Origin: an uncultured delta proteobacterium
GTDB lineage: Bacteria > Desulfobacterota > Binatia > Bin18
Reading direction: 5' to 3'
Assembly (NCBI GenBank): GCA_963733195.1
Contig: CAVTCR010000062.1
Location: forward strand, 283,333 to 347,332
Length of the DNA: 64,000 bases
Within the stretch, counting starts at the first letter, position 1; every line of letters starts with the position of its first letter. This document shows positions 46,439 to 56,888 of the stretch, piece after piece. The notes under the pieces are model-generated. The model had not been told where the DNA came from. It did not search any database and worked only from the letters and a program-made list of their open reading frames with translations. A program made the translations under genes and the position numbers.

Positions 46439-49126
46439 CTAGACGGTAGACTCTTTCAAGTAATCGCGCAGACTCCTCGCCGTATGCGAGGTGCGCCAAT
46501 GCTTGAGAAGCTCCTCGGGCGGACCACAGGCAACGATGTGGCCTCCGTCCACGCCTCCCTCCGGCCCAAGGTCGATAACGTAGTCAGCTTCTTTGACGAT
46601 GTCGAGGTTGTGTTCGATCGTCACGACAGTGTTGCCTTTATCTACTAGGCGATGCAATGCGTGGATCAATTTTTCAATGTCAGCAAAATGCAATCCCGTC
46701 GTCGGTTCATCTAACACGTAGAGAGTTTTTCCCCGCGATTCCTTTGCTAGCTCATACGCAAGCTTGATACGCTGCGCCTCGCCACCTGAGAGTGAATTAC
46801 TTGCTTGTCCAAGAGTGATGTAGCCCATGCCTATATCATCTAACAATCTGAGTGGTCCCGAGATTTTCGGTACACCGTGAAAGAAGGTGGCCGCTTCTTC
46901 AATCGTCATATTGAGCACATCGGCAATGTGTTTACCGTTGTACGCCACTGACAGGGTTTCTTCGTTATAGCGTTTGCCACCACACTCCTCACATGCCACA
47001 TACACATCCGGCAAGAAACTCATTTCCATTTTGATCTCGCCCTGCCCAGCGCATGTTTCACAACGTCCACTTTTGACGTTGAAAGAGAAACGACCAGGTA
47101 AATAACCCTTCAATCGGGCTTCAGGGAGGAGCGCAAACAGTTTGCGCACTTCATCCCAGAAACCAACATACGAAGCCGGGACTGAACGTGGCGTTTTCCC
47201 AATCGGCGTTTGATCCACTTCCACCACGCGTTCGATAGGATCGATTCCCTCCATACGGTCATGCAGGCCCGCACGACCAGCGAACGAGCCAAGTTTCTTC
47301 TTGAGTCCTTTGACCAAGACCTCTTGCACCAGCGAACTCTTGCCAGAACCTGATACGCCAGTCACACAGGTCCAGGTCCCGACGGGAATCCGCACATCAA
47401 TGTTGCACAGGTTATGTTCCCGTGCACCAACGATAGATAAGTGAGATCGATTATCTAGCGACCGTGCCGGTCCGAGGCGTGGGTGCGAACTCTGGAGAAA
47501 CCGTCCCGTCACCGAGTCGGGATTATCTTTCAAGTCGTCCGGCGTACCGATCGCGATCACTTTACCACCGTTGACTCCAGCGCCTGGGCCAAGATCAATG
47601 ACAATATCCGCACTCGCGATGGTCTGTTCATCATGCTCAACAACCAGCACCGTGTTGCCGCGCTGCTGCAGGTTGCGCAGCGTCGCAATCAGCCGTTCGT
47701 TATCACGTGGATGTAGACCGATCGTCGGTTCGTCAAGGATGTAGCATACACCACGGAGGTTGGAGCCAAGTTGCGCAGCTAGACGTATGCGTTGCGCCTC
47801 GCCACCAGAGAGGGTGTCGGCGCGACGATCAAGCGTAAGATACGAAAGTCCAACTTCGTTGAGGAACGATAGCCGCGGCACGATCTCTTTCAAGATCGGT
47901 TCACCAATCATCGCGTCACGCTGTGACAGCGGCAGGGTCGTCATGTGTTGCAGACTATCGCCTGCCGACATCGCCATCACTTCCCAAATCGCGTGATGAC
48001 AGACTTTCACCGCGCGTGCGCGAGGATTAAGTCGCGTACCTACACACGTAGGACATGGAACTTCCGTCAGAAACTGGCTCGGATACAGGTTCGCGTCTTC
48101 GCCTTCACTGCCAGTAATAGCATCGTTGAGAATCGTAAACGCACCACGCACGGTCTTGTCGTCACCGAGGAACACTAACCGGCGCTGCTCGGTACTCAAC
48201 TCACCAAACGGTCGGTCTAGTGGTACTCCATGTTTTTTCACATCACGAAGCAACTTCGCATGCTCGCGATGAAATTCAGAGCGTGTGAGCGGGAACAACG
48301 CCCCATCATTGAGCGATTTACTGTTTTCCGGGACCACAAGTGCCGGATCAAACTCCCAACGTGCCCCGAGGCCGGAACAGTCTGGACACGCCCCCTGGCG
48401 ACTATTAAAAGAGAAAAGGCGCGGGTCTAGCAACTCATATCCTAATCCACACGCCACACAGAACAGTTTCTCACTGTAAGTGCGTTCACCACCTTCACCT
48501 TTGAGATGAACTGCGCCATTACCCACCCGAAGCGCTGTTTGCAGCAACGGCTCGATCTTCTGTACTGCTCCGTTAACAGTCGCACTCCCAATGACGATCT
48601 CGAGGTCGTGTTCCTTGTAACGCGCCAGGCTCATCCCTGACGTCAGTTGTGTCATACGCCCGTCAATAAGCGCCTGCTTGAATCCCAGCTTGCGTGCACC
48701 TTCTAATGTATCCTTATGAAAACCTTTGCGCCCACGCACCACCGGTGCCAGGAAAGACACTTCTTGGCCACGAAAGTCACTGCGTAAGCGATCAAGAATC
48801 TGACTGCGGCTTTGGACCGACAGCGGTTGCGCACAATTCACACAATGTTGCACGCCAGCCTTCGCATATAACAAACGGAGATAATGCGAGATCTCGGTAA
48901 TGGTTGCTACTGTCGAATTGCGACCGCCACGACTCATGCGTTGCTCGATCGCCACAGTGGGCGGAATGCCAGTCAGCAAATCCACGTTGGGTCGCGCCAT
49001 TACTTTGATGAACTGGCGCGAGTAGGCAGACAGGCTATCGATATACCGTCGCTGTCCTTCGGCATAGACAATGTCAAACACCAGTGTCGATTTGCCGGAC
49101 CCGGATAATCCTGTAACCACCACCAT
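46439..49126 (-). CDS. uvrA: Excinuclease ABC subunit A paralog (UvrA-like, full length, class-I-like with insertion domain). The conserved N-terminus extends upstream of the first ATG.
   Basis: Two ABC modules (GLSGSGKS x2, LSGGE x2) and Zn-finger Cys pairs. The conserved [14 protein letters not shown] region lies upstream of the annotated Met without an in-frame ATG. Confidence 0.85.
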   Translation of the reverse strand: MVVVTGLSGSGKSTLVFDIVYAEGQRRYIDSLSAYSRQFIKVMARPNVDLLTGIPPTVAIEQRMSRGGRNSTVATITEISHYLRLLYAKAGVQHCVNCAQPLSVQSRSQILDRLRSDFRGQEVSFLAPVVRGRKGFHKDTLEGARKLGFKQALIDGRMTQLTSGMSLARYKEHDLEIVIGSATVNGAVQKIEPLLQTALRVGNGAVHLKGEGGERTYSEKLFCVACGLGYELLDPRLFSFNSRQGACPDCSGLGARWEFDPALVVPENSKSLNDGALFPLTRSEFHREHAKLLRDVKKHGVPLDRPFGELSTEQRRLVFLGDDKTVRGAFTILNDAITGSEGEDANLYPSQFLTEVPCPTCVGTRLNPRARAVKVCHHAIWEVMAMSAGDSLQHMTTLPLSQRDAMIGEPILKEIVPRLSFLNEVGLSYLTLDRRADTLSGGEAQRIRLAAQLGSNLRGVCYILDEPTIGLHPRDNERLIATLRNLQQRGNTVLVVEHDEQTIASADIVIDLGPGAGVNGGKVIAIGTPDDLKDNPDSVTGRFLQSSHPRLGPARSLDNRSHLSIVGAREHNLCNIDVRIPVGTWTCVTGVSGSGKSSLVQEVLVKGLKKKLGSFAGRAGLHDRMEGIDPIERVVEVDQTPIGKTPRSVPASYVGFWDEVRKLFALLPEARLKGYLPGRFSFNVKSGRCETCAGQGEIKMEMSFLPDVYVACEECGGKRYNEETLSVAYNGKHIADVLNMTIEEAATFFHGVPKISGPLRLLDDIGMGYITLGQASNSLSGGEAQRIKLAYELAKESRGKTLYVLDEPTTGLHFADIEKLIHALHRLVDKGNTVVTIEHNLDIVKEADYVIDLGPEGGVDGGHIVACGPPEELLKHWRTSHTARSLRDYLKESTV

Positions 49127-49142
49127 CTCATCACGGGGAATC

Positions 49143-52136
49143 TCAACCGAGAGGTTTTGTAAATTGTGCTCTTTGGCACCGACGACGGAAATCAGCTCGC
49201 AGTTGGGGCTGAGGGCTGGGGGCTGGAGGGCTGAGGTTTAGATTTTGACTTTTGACTTTTGACTTTTGACTTTTGACTTTTGATTTTGACTCTGACCGAG
49301 CAACCTGCGCGAGATATTGCCCCGTATACGATTTCTTGACTTTCGCCACTTCCTCCGGCGTCCCGGTGGCAATCACTTCTCCACCCCCATCTCCTCCCTC
49401 AGGGCCAAGGTCGATCACGTGATCAGCGCATTTGATAACTTCGAGGTTATGCTCGATGATTAACACCGAGTGACCTCGATCGACAAGTTGATTGAACGCA
49501 TTGAGAAGCTTCTGAATGTCGGCAAAATGTAAGCCTGTCGTTGGTTCATCGAAGATAAAGAGTGTACTCGTCGCTTGCTCATCTTTTCCATCTTTGAACA
49601 ACGAAACAGGGGTTTCTTTTTCCCTGCCGATGTGGGCGGCAAGTTTCAATCGTTGCGCTTCACCACCTGAGAGAGTAGTCAACGACTGCCCGAGGCGCAT
49701 GTACTCCAAACCAACCGCGGCGAGCGGTGTAATCCGCTTAATAAGTTCCGCTTGCTTAGAGAAGAACTCTAACGCTTCAGCAACCGTGAGGTTCATGATC
49801 TCGGTCAGATTCTTCCCCTGATACATGACTTCCAGGACTTCTGCGCGGAAGCGTGTTCCATGACACTCTGGACACGGTACGTACACATCGGAGAGAAACT
49901 GCATCTCGATTTTTTCAAACCCTTCACCTTTGCACGTTTCGCATCGTCCTCCTTCCACATTGAAGGAAAAGGTTCCAGGGGCGTATCCGCGCAACCTCGA
50001 CATCTCGGTGTCAGCCAACAGGCGGCGAAGCGGGTCGAAAGCTTTTGTATAGGTGAGGAGATTCGCTCGTGGCGTCGTGCCAATCGGCGCCTGATCAACA
50101 AAGATCACATCCGCGAGATTCTCCCCACCAGTGATGTCACGACAGGCGCCAGGAATCCCCACCGCTTCGCCTTTGCGCTTCTTCAAATTGCGGTACAAGA
50201 CCTCTTCCACCAAGGTAGATTTTCCTGATCCTGACACTCCGGTGATACACACCATGCAGCCGAGCGGAACCGAGACTGTCACATCCTTGAGATTGTGGGC
50301 CGTCGTGCCGCTGATTGTGAGGGCCGGCTTGCCTTTTACACTCCGGCGACGCTTTGGCACCGCAATTTCTGCACGACCTGACAAGTACTTCCCAGTCAGC
50401 GAACGCTTATCTTGAAGGATCTTGTCATAGGAGCCAGCAAAGACGACATCACCCCCTTTCTCTCCAGCGAGTGGTCCCATATCAAGAATGTAGTCTGCCT
50501 CGCGAATGATTTCCGGATCGTGCTCGACCACAACAACCGCGTTGCCATTGTCACGCAAACCCTTGAGAATCCGCACCAAGCGATGACTGTCGCGGGGATG
50601 AAGCCCGATCGATGGCTCATCGAGAATGTAGAGCGTATTCACCAACGAGGATCCAATCGCGGTTGTGAGATCTACGCGTTCGAGCTCACCACCTGAGAGG
50701 GTGCGCGACTGGCGATCAAGGGTAAGATACTCAAGGCCGACTTCAACCAAAAAACGTAATCGTTTGCGAATCTCATCAAGAATGAGGTGGGCAACTTGAT
50801 CCTGAAACACCGAAAGTTGCAGATCGCGAAAAAAGGCGTAGCATTCACTAACACTGAGTTGGTTGATATCGGCCAATGTTTTCCCGCCGACACGATAGAG
50901 CAGACCATCGGGTTTGAGTCGCGCTCCTTTGCAGGTCTCGCAGGGAAAGTAGCCACGATAGCGCGCAAGGAATACGCGCACGTGCATCTTGTAGGCCTTC
51001 CCTTCAAGCCAGCGAAACCAGCCACGGACGCCGTAGTAATCGCCATCACCATCAATAACGATCCGTTGCTGCTCAGCCGTAAGTTCTTGCCATGGTACTG
51101 TCGCCGGAATCTTGCGTTTTTGACAGAACGACACCAGCTCGCGTCGTTCCCATTGCGCGGCTTTGATCCGCCACGGCTTGATCGCTCCATCTTTCAATGA
51201 CAGCGTCGGATCAGGGACAACCAGGTCAAGGTCAATATCAATCGTCCGCCCGAATCCACGACAGGATTCACATGCGCCCAACGGACTATTGAAAGAGAAC
51301 ATGTTGGGCACCGGTTCTTTGTAGGTAATGCGGCAAGAGGCACACTCCAGTTGATCAGAGAACGGCAGCTCGTTGTTGTCATCCTCAGGAAAGATCAGGA
51401 TCAGCCGACCTTTGCCATAGCGAAAGGCTTGCTCTAACGAGTCATGAATACGTTTTTTACTCCGATCATTGAGCACGAGGCGATCGACCAATACAGTGAA
51501 GTACTCTTGTCCTTCGACTGGCCGTTCGCCGAGTTCTTGAATGTCGAGCACCTCGCCATTTTCGACTAAGCGATGAAAACCGGAATGTAACAAACCGTCA
51601 CGGATTTCCGTCCACGGCAGCGACGGCGGAGCTGATATCGAAAAGGTCACGAGGAATCGTGCATCTTCGGGACGTGAGGCCGAGAGTTTGCGAAAGACCG
51701 ACTCCGCTGAATCACGCTCAACGACTTCGCCGCATTGGCGACAGTGCAACACACCGATCTTCGCGAATAACAACTTCAAGTGGTCGTGGAGCTCGGTCAT
51801 GGTGCCAACCGTCGAACGTGACGTCCGCACCGGACGGTTCTGATCAATAGCGATAGCGGGCAGGATGCCTTCGATTTTCTCGACCTTCGGTTTATCCATG
51901 CGGTCGAGAAACTGGCGCGCATACGCAGAGAAACTCTCAACGTACCGCCGCTGTCCTTCGGCATAGAGGATGTCAAAGGCGAGGCTCGACTTTCCCGAAC
52001 CACTGACACCGGTGACCACGGTCAGTTGGTTCAGTGGGATCTTCACATCGATATTTTTAAGGTTGTTCTGGCGCGCGCCGGTAATCGTAATCGCATCGGC
52101 GTTAGTATTAGTGTTTCGTACTCCGTTGGTGCTCAC
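49143..52136 (-). CDS. uvrA: Excinuclease ABC subunit A (UvrA), with a C-terminal tail encoded by heptanucleotide repeat arrays
   Basis: 997 aa starting [52 protein letters not shown]. The tail [15 protein letters not shown]... comes from (GTCAAAA)n and (CAGCCCY)n arrays at 49203-49292. Confidence 0.9.
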   Translation of the reverse strand: MSTNGVRNTNTNADAITITGARQNNLKNIDVKIPLNQLTVVTGVSGSGKSSLAFDILYAEGQRRYVESFSAYARQFLDRMDKPKVEKIEGILPAIAIDQNRPVRTSRSTVGTMTELHDHLKLLFAKIGVLHCRQCGEVVERDSAESVFRKLSASRPEDARFLVTFSISAPPSLPWTEIRDGLLHSGFHRLVENGEVLDIQELGERPVEGQEYFTVLVDRLVLNDRSKKRIHDSLEQAFRYGKGRLILIFPEDDNNELPFSDQLECASCRITYKEPVPNMFSFNSPLGACESCRGFGRTIDIDLDLVVPDPTLSLKDGAIKPWRIKAAQWERRELVSFCQKRKIPATVPWQELTAEQQRIVIDGDGDYYGVRGWFRWLEGKAYKMHVRVFLARYRGYFPCETCKGARLKPDGLLYRVGGKTLADINQLSVSECYAFFRDLQLSVFQDQVAHLILDEIRKRLRFLVEVGLEYLTLDRQSRTLSGGELERVDLTTAIGSSLVNTLYILDEPSIGLHPRDSHRLVRILKGLRDNGNAVVVVEHDPEIIREADYILDMGPLAGEKGGDVVFAGSYDKILQDKRSLTGKYLSGRAEIAVPKRRRSVKGKPALTISGTTAHNLKDVTVSVPLGCMVCITGVSGSGKSTLVEEVLYRNLKKRKGEAVGIPGACRDITGGENLADVIFVDQAPIGTTPRANLLTYTKAFDPLRRLLADTEMSRLRGYAPGTFSFNVEGGRCETCKGEGFEKIEMQFLSDVYVPCPECHGTRFRAEVLEVMYQGKNLTEIMNLTVAEALEFFSKQAELIKRITPLAAVGLEYMRLGQSLTTLSGGEAQRLKLAAHIGREKETPVSLFKDGKDEQATSTLFIFDEPTTGLHFADIQKLLNAFNQLVDRGHSVLIIEHNLEVIKCADHVIDLGPEGGDGGGEVIATGTPEEVAKVKKSYTGQYLAQVARSESKSKVKSQKSKVKSQNLNLSPPAPSPQPQLRADFRRRCQRAQFTKPLG
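49203..49292. repeat. Two adjacent heptanucleotide tandem arrays, (GGGCTGR)x4 and (TTTTGAC)x7, at the uvrA-uvrA junction
   Basis: gggctgagggctgggggctggagggctgagg followed by gattttgacttttgacttttgacttttgacttttgacttttgattttgac. Confidence 0.85.
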
Positions 52137-52353
52137 CCACGTCCTCCACTGAAGGCAGGGGTCGGGTTTCAGAGATCGGGGATTAGTTTCCTAAGTCTGC
52201 AACTTCTGTAAGCCTTTTTCACCAACCCTGACCCCTGACTCCTAGCCCTTAACATCATACTTCGAGTGTAAATCGTCCCTCTTCATAGTCGCTGCATGCC
52301 AGTGAGTCCAGACGGGCACTATGCTACAGTGGGGGCGTTTCAGGAGGCTTTGC

Positions 52354-53755
52354 ATGGGAGGAGAATTTTGGTTTGAGGTCGCGATCATTCTATTGTTGAT
52401 CCTTGCGAACGGTTTCTTTTCTGGCTCAGAGATGGCGATTATCTCTGTCCGCCGCAGCCGCATTGATCAACTGGTAGAGGACGGACACAAGTCTGCCCAA
52501 GTGGTAGCGCGTCTCAAGGATGATTCCGACCGCTTTCTCGCGACGGTCCAGGTGGGGATCACGTTAGTTGGTTCTCTTGCCTCAGTGCTGGGAGGTGCCT
52601 CGGCGATAGAATACCTACGCCCGATCTTTCAGCAAAGCGAGAGTGCCTTTCTTCGTCAGTGGGGCGAAGCTACTCGCCCTCGGTGTCATGGTTGTCATTA
52701 TTTCATACTTGTCCTTGGTCTTGGGAGAATTGGTTCCGAAAACCCTCGCTCTGCGCTACTCGGAACAGATCGCCCTTTTTGTCGCCCGTCCGCTCGATCT
52801 TCTCTCACGGATGCTCTCCGTGATTGTGCGCTTTCTCACCGCCTCTTCCAACGTGCTCCTCTTTTTCACCGGTACCGGCGCCAAATCGACCGAAGCCCTC
52901 ATTTCTGAAGAAGAGGTTCGCTATCTCGTTAGCGAAGGCGCAGAGAAGGGAGTCTTCGATGACACGGAGAAAGAGTTTATTCATAGTGTGTTTGATTTTG
53001 CGGATACGTCGGTGCGAGAAATACTGACTCCGCGTACGGAAATTCACGGCCTTGAAGTCTCCACCTCGGCAACCGACGCTCTACACGAGATGATTGAGAG
53101 CGGTTTTTCACGCATGCCAGTGTATGAAGAGGATTTGGACCACATTATCGGGATCGTGCATATCAAAGAATTACTGAAAGCCCGTGAGCACGGAGAAAGC
53201 GCGTCATTACGGAACCTCTTACACCCAGCGCATTTTGTGCCCGACTCCATGCAGATCAGTCATTTGTTACGCGAACTGCAAGTGCGACGAGCGCATATGG
53301 CAATCGTCATTAACGAATTCGGTACCGTAATCGGCATCGCCACCATTGAAGACATCATGGAAGAGATCGTCGGTGAGATTCGCGACGAGTATGATGAAGA
53401 TGAAGAACAGCCAGTGCAGGAAATTTCCGAAGGCGTGTTGCTGGTTGAAGGCGGCGTCGCGCTCAGCGAACTCAAAGAAGAGCACAGTATTCCCCTCGAA
53501 GAAACCCAGGCCTACCGCACTCTCGCGGGTTTTCTTCTCGCCCGCCTCGAACGCATTCCACGTGGACGTGAGATCGTCACGCACGAAGGCTATCGTTTCA
53601 CGATTGTTGAGATGGATGGGCGACGGATTGCGAAAGTGCGGGTGGAAAAGATCGATAACCCACCAGTACCAACTGCTACCATCCGTTCAGGAGGAGAGCA
53701 AGCAGCCAGCGAATGGATAGCCGAGAGGCTAAAGTCTAGGAGTCTGGGAGTCTGA
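52354..53755 (+). CDS. CNNM/CorC-HlyC family transporter (DUF21 TM domain, CBS pair, CorC_HlyC), apparent frameshift near 52640
   Basis: 52354-52640 holds the DUF21 TM helices and 52643-53755 the CBS pair plus CorC_HlyC domain, in different frames. The 3' end overlaps the heptamer array. Confidence 0.75.
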
Positions 53756-53770
53756 AGAGTCTAGGAGTCG
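53733..53770. repeat. Heptamer array (GGAGTCT-type), left inverted flank of the four-helix-bundle gene
   Basis: agtctaggagtctgggagtctgaagagtctaggagtcg. Confidence 0.75.
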
Positions 53771-53797
53771 AAAAACTTATGAGCTTATAAAGGGGTA

Positions 53798-54178
53798 TTG
53801 AGTATGCCAACGGTACGGCGATTTGAAGATTTGCAAGCGTGGCAGAAAGCGCGAGAGTTGGTCCGTGAAATTTATACAACGAGCGCTGACGGACGCTTGA
53901 GCAAAGATTTCGGATTGCGAGATCAAGTCTGCCGTGCTGCGGTATCAGCCATGAGCAACATCGCTGAGGGGTTTGCAAGAGGAAGCGATAAAGATTTCGC
54001 TCATTTTCTTGATATCGCTAGAGGATCATCGCTAGAAGTACAGTCTCTACTCTATGTTGCACTCGATGTCGGATATATCGATCAACAACAATTCGAGAGA
54101 TTATACAAACTGGCCGACGAGACAGTCTCCCTCATCATCGGCTTCAGCTCATACCTTCGTAAGCACCCCAGCTCCTAG
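53798..54178 (+). CDS. Four-helix-bundle protein (23S rRNA intervening-sequence protein family)
   Basis: 126 aa with family motifs: FEDLQAWQKARELV, the GLRDQVCRAAVSAMSNIAEGFAR helix and ARGSSLEV. Confidence 0.75.
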   Translation: MSMPTVRRFEDLQAWQKARELVREIYTTSADGRLSKDFGLRDQVCRAAVSAMSNIAEGFARGSDKDFAHFLDIARGSSLEVQSLLYVALDVGYIDQQQFERLYKLADETVSLIIGFSSYLRKHPSS

Positions 54179-54511
54179 ACGTCGCCCAGACTCCCAGACT
54201 CTATAGACTCCCAGACTCTTAGACCGTTTTACTGGCAGCACCTCCGCCTTACGATACCCTGCCCCAATCGCGGCTCGTTCACTGGGAAAGATGACTTGAT
54301 TGTCGGGATTGATCAGATCGTAGCCGTGACATCCGATGGTGCGATATACCTTGCTCCGACGGTTGGCACGCACTTCTTCTGCCACTGAGGCTGTCTGGAC
54401 CGCAGCCACTTGCACTGGGGTAGGAGCAGTTTTTCGCTTGACGACTGGAATGGCCACCACCAGTTTTCCTAGGCAAGGCAAACGTAAGACAGAGACCCAG
54501 CAGTTGACCAC
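54149..54511 (-). CDS. Hypothetical small protein. A weak resemblance to an Ada-like metal-binding motif is lost at the C-terminus, which runs into the repeat array.
   Basis: ..VYRTIGCHGYDLINPDNQVIFPSERAAIGAGYRKAE.. resembles YHxxxC..N..F.S...A...GYRPC, but the terminal Cys pair is absent and the 3' end runs into heptamer repeats. Confidence 0.2.
   Translation of the reverse strand: MVNCWVSVLRLPCLGKLVVAIPVVKRKTAPTPVQVAAVQTASVAEEVRANRRSKVYRTIGCHGYDLINPDNQVIFPSERAAIGAGYRKAEVLPVKRSKSLGVYRVWESGRRLGAGVLTKV
54172..54224. repeat. Heptamer array (AGACTCC-type), right flank, inverted relative to 53733-53770
   Basis: ctcctagacgtcgcccagactcccagactctatagactcccagactcttagac. Confidence 0.75.
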
Positions 54512-54576
54512 ACCCTAGGTTTCGGACTATGAACACCTGTCCACTCGCTCACACTCTCAGCGCTAAAGGGGGGCCT

Positions 54577-55563
54577 CATATGGCAGAAGTAAGTAAGGAT
54601 AAACTCCTCAAAATGTACCGCACGATGCAGACGATTCGCCATTTCGAGGAACGGCTGCGCGATTTGTTCAAGGAAGGGAAAGTTCCTGGCTTCGTCCATG
54701 TCTCAATTGGTGAGGAAGCGTCAGCGACCGGTGTCTGCGCTGCCCTGACCGACGAGGACTACATCACCAGTACCCACCGTGGCCACGGCCATCTTCTTGC
54801 CAAAGGTGGAAAACTCAAACCGATGATGGCCGAACTGTTTGGCAAGAAAACTGGTTATTGCAAAGGCAAAGGTGGGTCGATGCATATCGCCGACTTCAGC
54901 ATCGGTATTCTTGGCGCTAATGGCATTGTTGGCGCGGGTCTGCCTATTGCTACCGGTGCCGGGTTAGCGGCAAAAATGAGAAAAAGTGGTCAGGTGGCGG
55001 TCTGCTTCTTTGGCGACGGCGCCTCGAACGAAGGTACGTTCCATGAATCCCTCAACATCGCTTCGTCCTGGAAACTCCCAGTCGTTTATGTCTGCGAGAA
55101 TAACCTCTATGGCGAATTCACCGCCGGAAAAGATGTCACCTCAGTCAAAGACATTGCCGATCGTGCGCGCGGTCATGACATGCCCGGCATCATCGTTAAC
55201 GGCAATGATGTGGTCGAAGTCTATGAAACAACCTCAGAAGCAGTTGCCCGTGCGCGCCGCGGAGAAGGGCCAACATTGATCGAATGCAAAACCTACCGCT
55301 GGGAAGGCCACGTCGTTGGTGAAGAAGCCTTTCTCGGCAAGAAAGCTTATCGTCCGGCAGAGGAAATCGCCGAGTGGAAAAAACGCTGCCCACTCATCTC
55401 GTTCGAGAACCGCTATACCGCAAATGGGATGTTCAATAAAGCCGACCTGGACGCGATCAAAGCCGAGGTGAAACGCGACATCGACGAGGCAGTCCAATTC
55501 GCCATCGATAGCCCATTGCCAGCTCCAGAAGAGGCGATGGAGGATATGTTTTCGGTGGCATAA
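54577..55563 (+). CDS. pdhA: Pyruvate/acetoin-type 2-oxoacid dehydrogenase E1 component alpha subunit (TPP-dependent)
   Basis: The TPP-binding GDG(x)NEG motif (FGDGASNEGTF) and HRGHGH; about 328 aa. Confidence 0.85.
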   Translation, partial: HMAEVSKDKLLKMYRTMQTIRHFEERLRDLFKEGKVPGFVHVSIGEEASATGVCAALTDEDYITSTHRGHGHLLAKGGKLKPMMAELFGKKTGYCKGKGGSMHIADFSIGILGANGIVGAGLPIATGAGLAAKMRKSGQVAVCFFGDGASNEGTFHESLNIASSWKLPVVYVCENNLYGEFTAGKDVTSVKDIADRARGHDMPGIIVNGNDVVEVYETTSEAVARARRGEGPTLIECKTYRWEGHVVGEEAFLGKKAYRPAEEIAEWKKRCPLISFENRYTANGMFNKADLDAIKAEVKRDIDEAVQFAIDSPLPAPEEAMEDMFSVA

Positions 55564-55564
55564 G

Positions 55565-55680
55565 AAGGGGAAACGGGAAAAAGGGTAAAAGGCGAAAAGG
55601 ATAAATCATTAGAAAATTCTGGATTAGTTTTCATTTCTCCTTTTCACCGTTTCGCCCTTTCCCCTTTTCGCCACATTCTC
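55565..55680. repeat. Inverted pair of GGYAAAA-type heptamer arrays between pdhA and pdhB
   Basis: gaaacgggaaaaagggtaaaaggcgaaaagg ... ccttttcaccgtttcgcccttttcccctttcgcc. Confidence 0.7.
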
Positions 55681-55734
55681 CAGGGGACAACACTGATTGT
55701 CTATCGTTCACACTAACGTTAAGGGAGAGCAATT

Positions 55735-56703
55735 ATGGCTGAAATTTCATACATTCGTGCGATCAACGAAGCATTACGGGAAGAGTTACGCCGCGATCCA
55801 CTTACGTTTGTGATGGGATTGGACGTTTGGGTCGGCGCCTTCGGCGCTACCGGTGGATTGACGGATGAGTTCGGCCCTGAACGTATCCGCAATGCGCCTA
55901 TTTCTGAAGCTGGATATGCTGGAGCGGGTGTCGGCGCGGCAATGGCTGGGATGCGACCCATCGTGGAAATCGAGTTCGCCAGCTTCTTCTATTGCTGCTG
56001 GGATCAGGTGTGTAATCAGGCGGCAAAGCTCCGATACATGTCTGGCGGACAAGCGGATATCCCCATCACATTCCGTGCGGCATATGGTGCGACAGGACAA
56101 GCGGCAGCCCAGCATTCCGAGACGGTATACGCGCAGTTCATGAGCGTACCGGGGTTAAAGATCGTTGCCCCATCAGACCCGTACGACATGAAGGGCTTGT
56201 TAAAAAGCGCCATCCGCGACAACAACCCAGTCCTCGTATTCGAGCATATGGGACTCGGTCGTTTGCGCGGCCAGGTTCCTGAAGAAGATTACGTCGTGCC
56301 GATCGGCAAAGGCGCAGTTAAACGTGAAGGGAAAGACATCACCGTTGTCGCGATTGGCGCTATGGTGTCCAAAGCGCTCGCCGCCGCTAAGGCGTTGGAA
56401 CAAGAAGGCATCTCCATCGAAGTGGTTGATCCACGCTCGCTCGTTCCTCTTGATGAAGAGATCATTCTCAATTCCGTAGGGAAGACACATAAAGTGCTGA
56501 TCGTTGATGAAGGCCACCTGCGCGGCGGCGCAGCAGCGGAAATTGCGGCGGTGGTCGCGGATAAAGGGTTTGACCTGCTCGACGCCCCGGTCAAACGGCT
56601 GACGACCCCGGACGTACCCATCCCCTTTAGCCCACCGATGGAAAAGTTCGTGCTGCCCGATGACACGAAGATTGTCAAAGCGGTGAAGGAGTTGGTCGGA
56701 TAG
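55735..56703 (+). CDS. pdhB: 2-oxoacid dehydrogenase E1 component beta subunit (transketolase-like)
   Basis: 322 aa, colinear with E1-beta (pyrimidine-binding and C-terminal transketolase domains). Confidence 0.9.
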   Translation: MAEISYIRAINEALREELRRDPLTFVMGLDVWVGAFGATGGLTDEFGPERIRNAPISEAGYAGAGVGAAMAGMRPIVEIEFASFFYCCWDQVCNQAAKLRYMSGGQADIPITFRAAYGATGQAAAQHSETVYAQFMSVPGLKIVAPSDPYDMKGLLKSAIRDNNPVLVFEHMGLGRLRGQVPEEDYVVPIGKGAVKREGKDITVVAIGAMVSKALAAAKALEQEGISIEVVDPRSLVPLDEEIILNSVGKTHKVLIVDEGHLRGGAAAEIAAVVADKGFDLLDAPVKRLTTPDVPIPFSPPMEKFVLPDDTKIVKAVKELVG

Positions 56704-56704
56704 T

Positions 56705-56812
56705 CGAGATCAGGTAGTGAACAGGCGAAAGGGCAAAAGGCAAAAAGGGGAGGAGGATGTCATCAGAGTGCTGTCTTGTGTTCCCTTTTCCCGTTTACCC
56801 ATTTCCCACTTC
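56705..56812. repeat. Inverted pair of GGCAAAA-type heptamer arrays between pdhB and E2
   Basis: gaacaggcgaaagggcaaaaggcaaaaagg ... cccttttcccgtttacccatttccc. Confidence 0.7.
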
Positions 56813-56888
56813 TAGACTGTGTGGACTCGAGACTGACGTTAAGACGGAAAGAGAAGAAGGGAGAAAACCGTGGCGGTAGAAGTCGACC

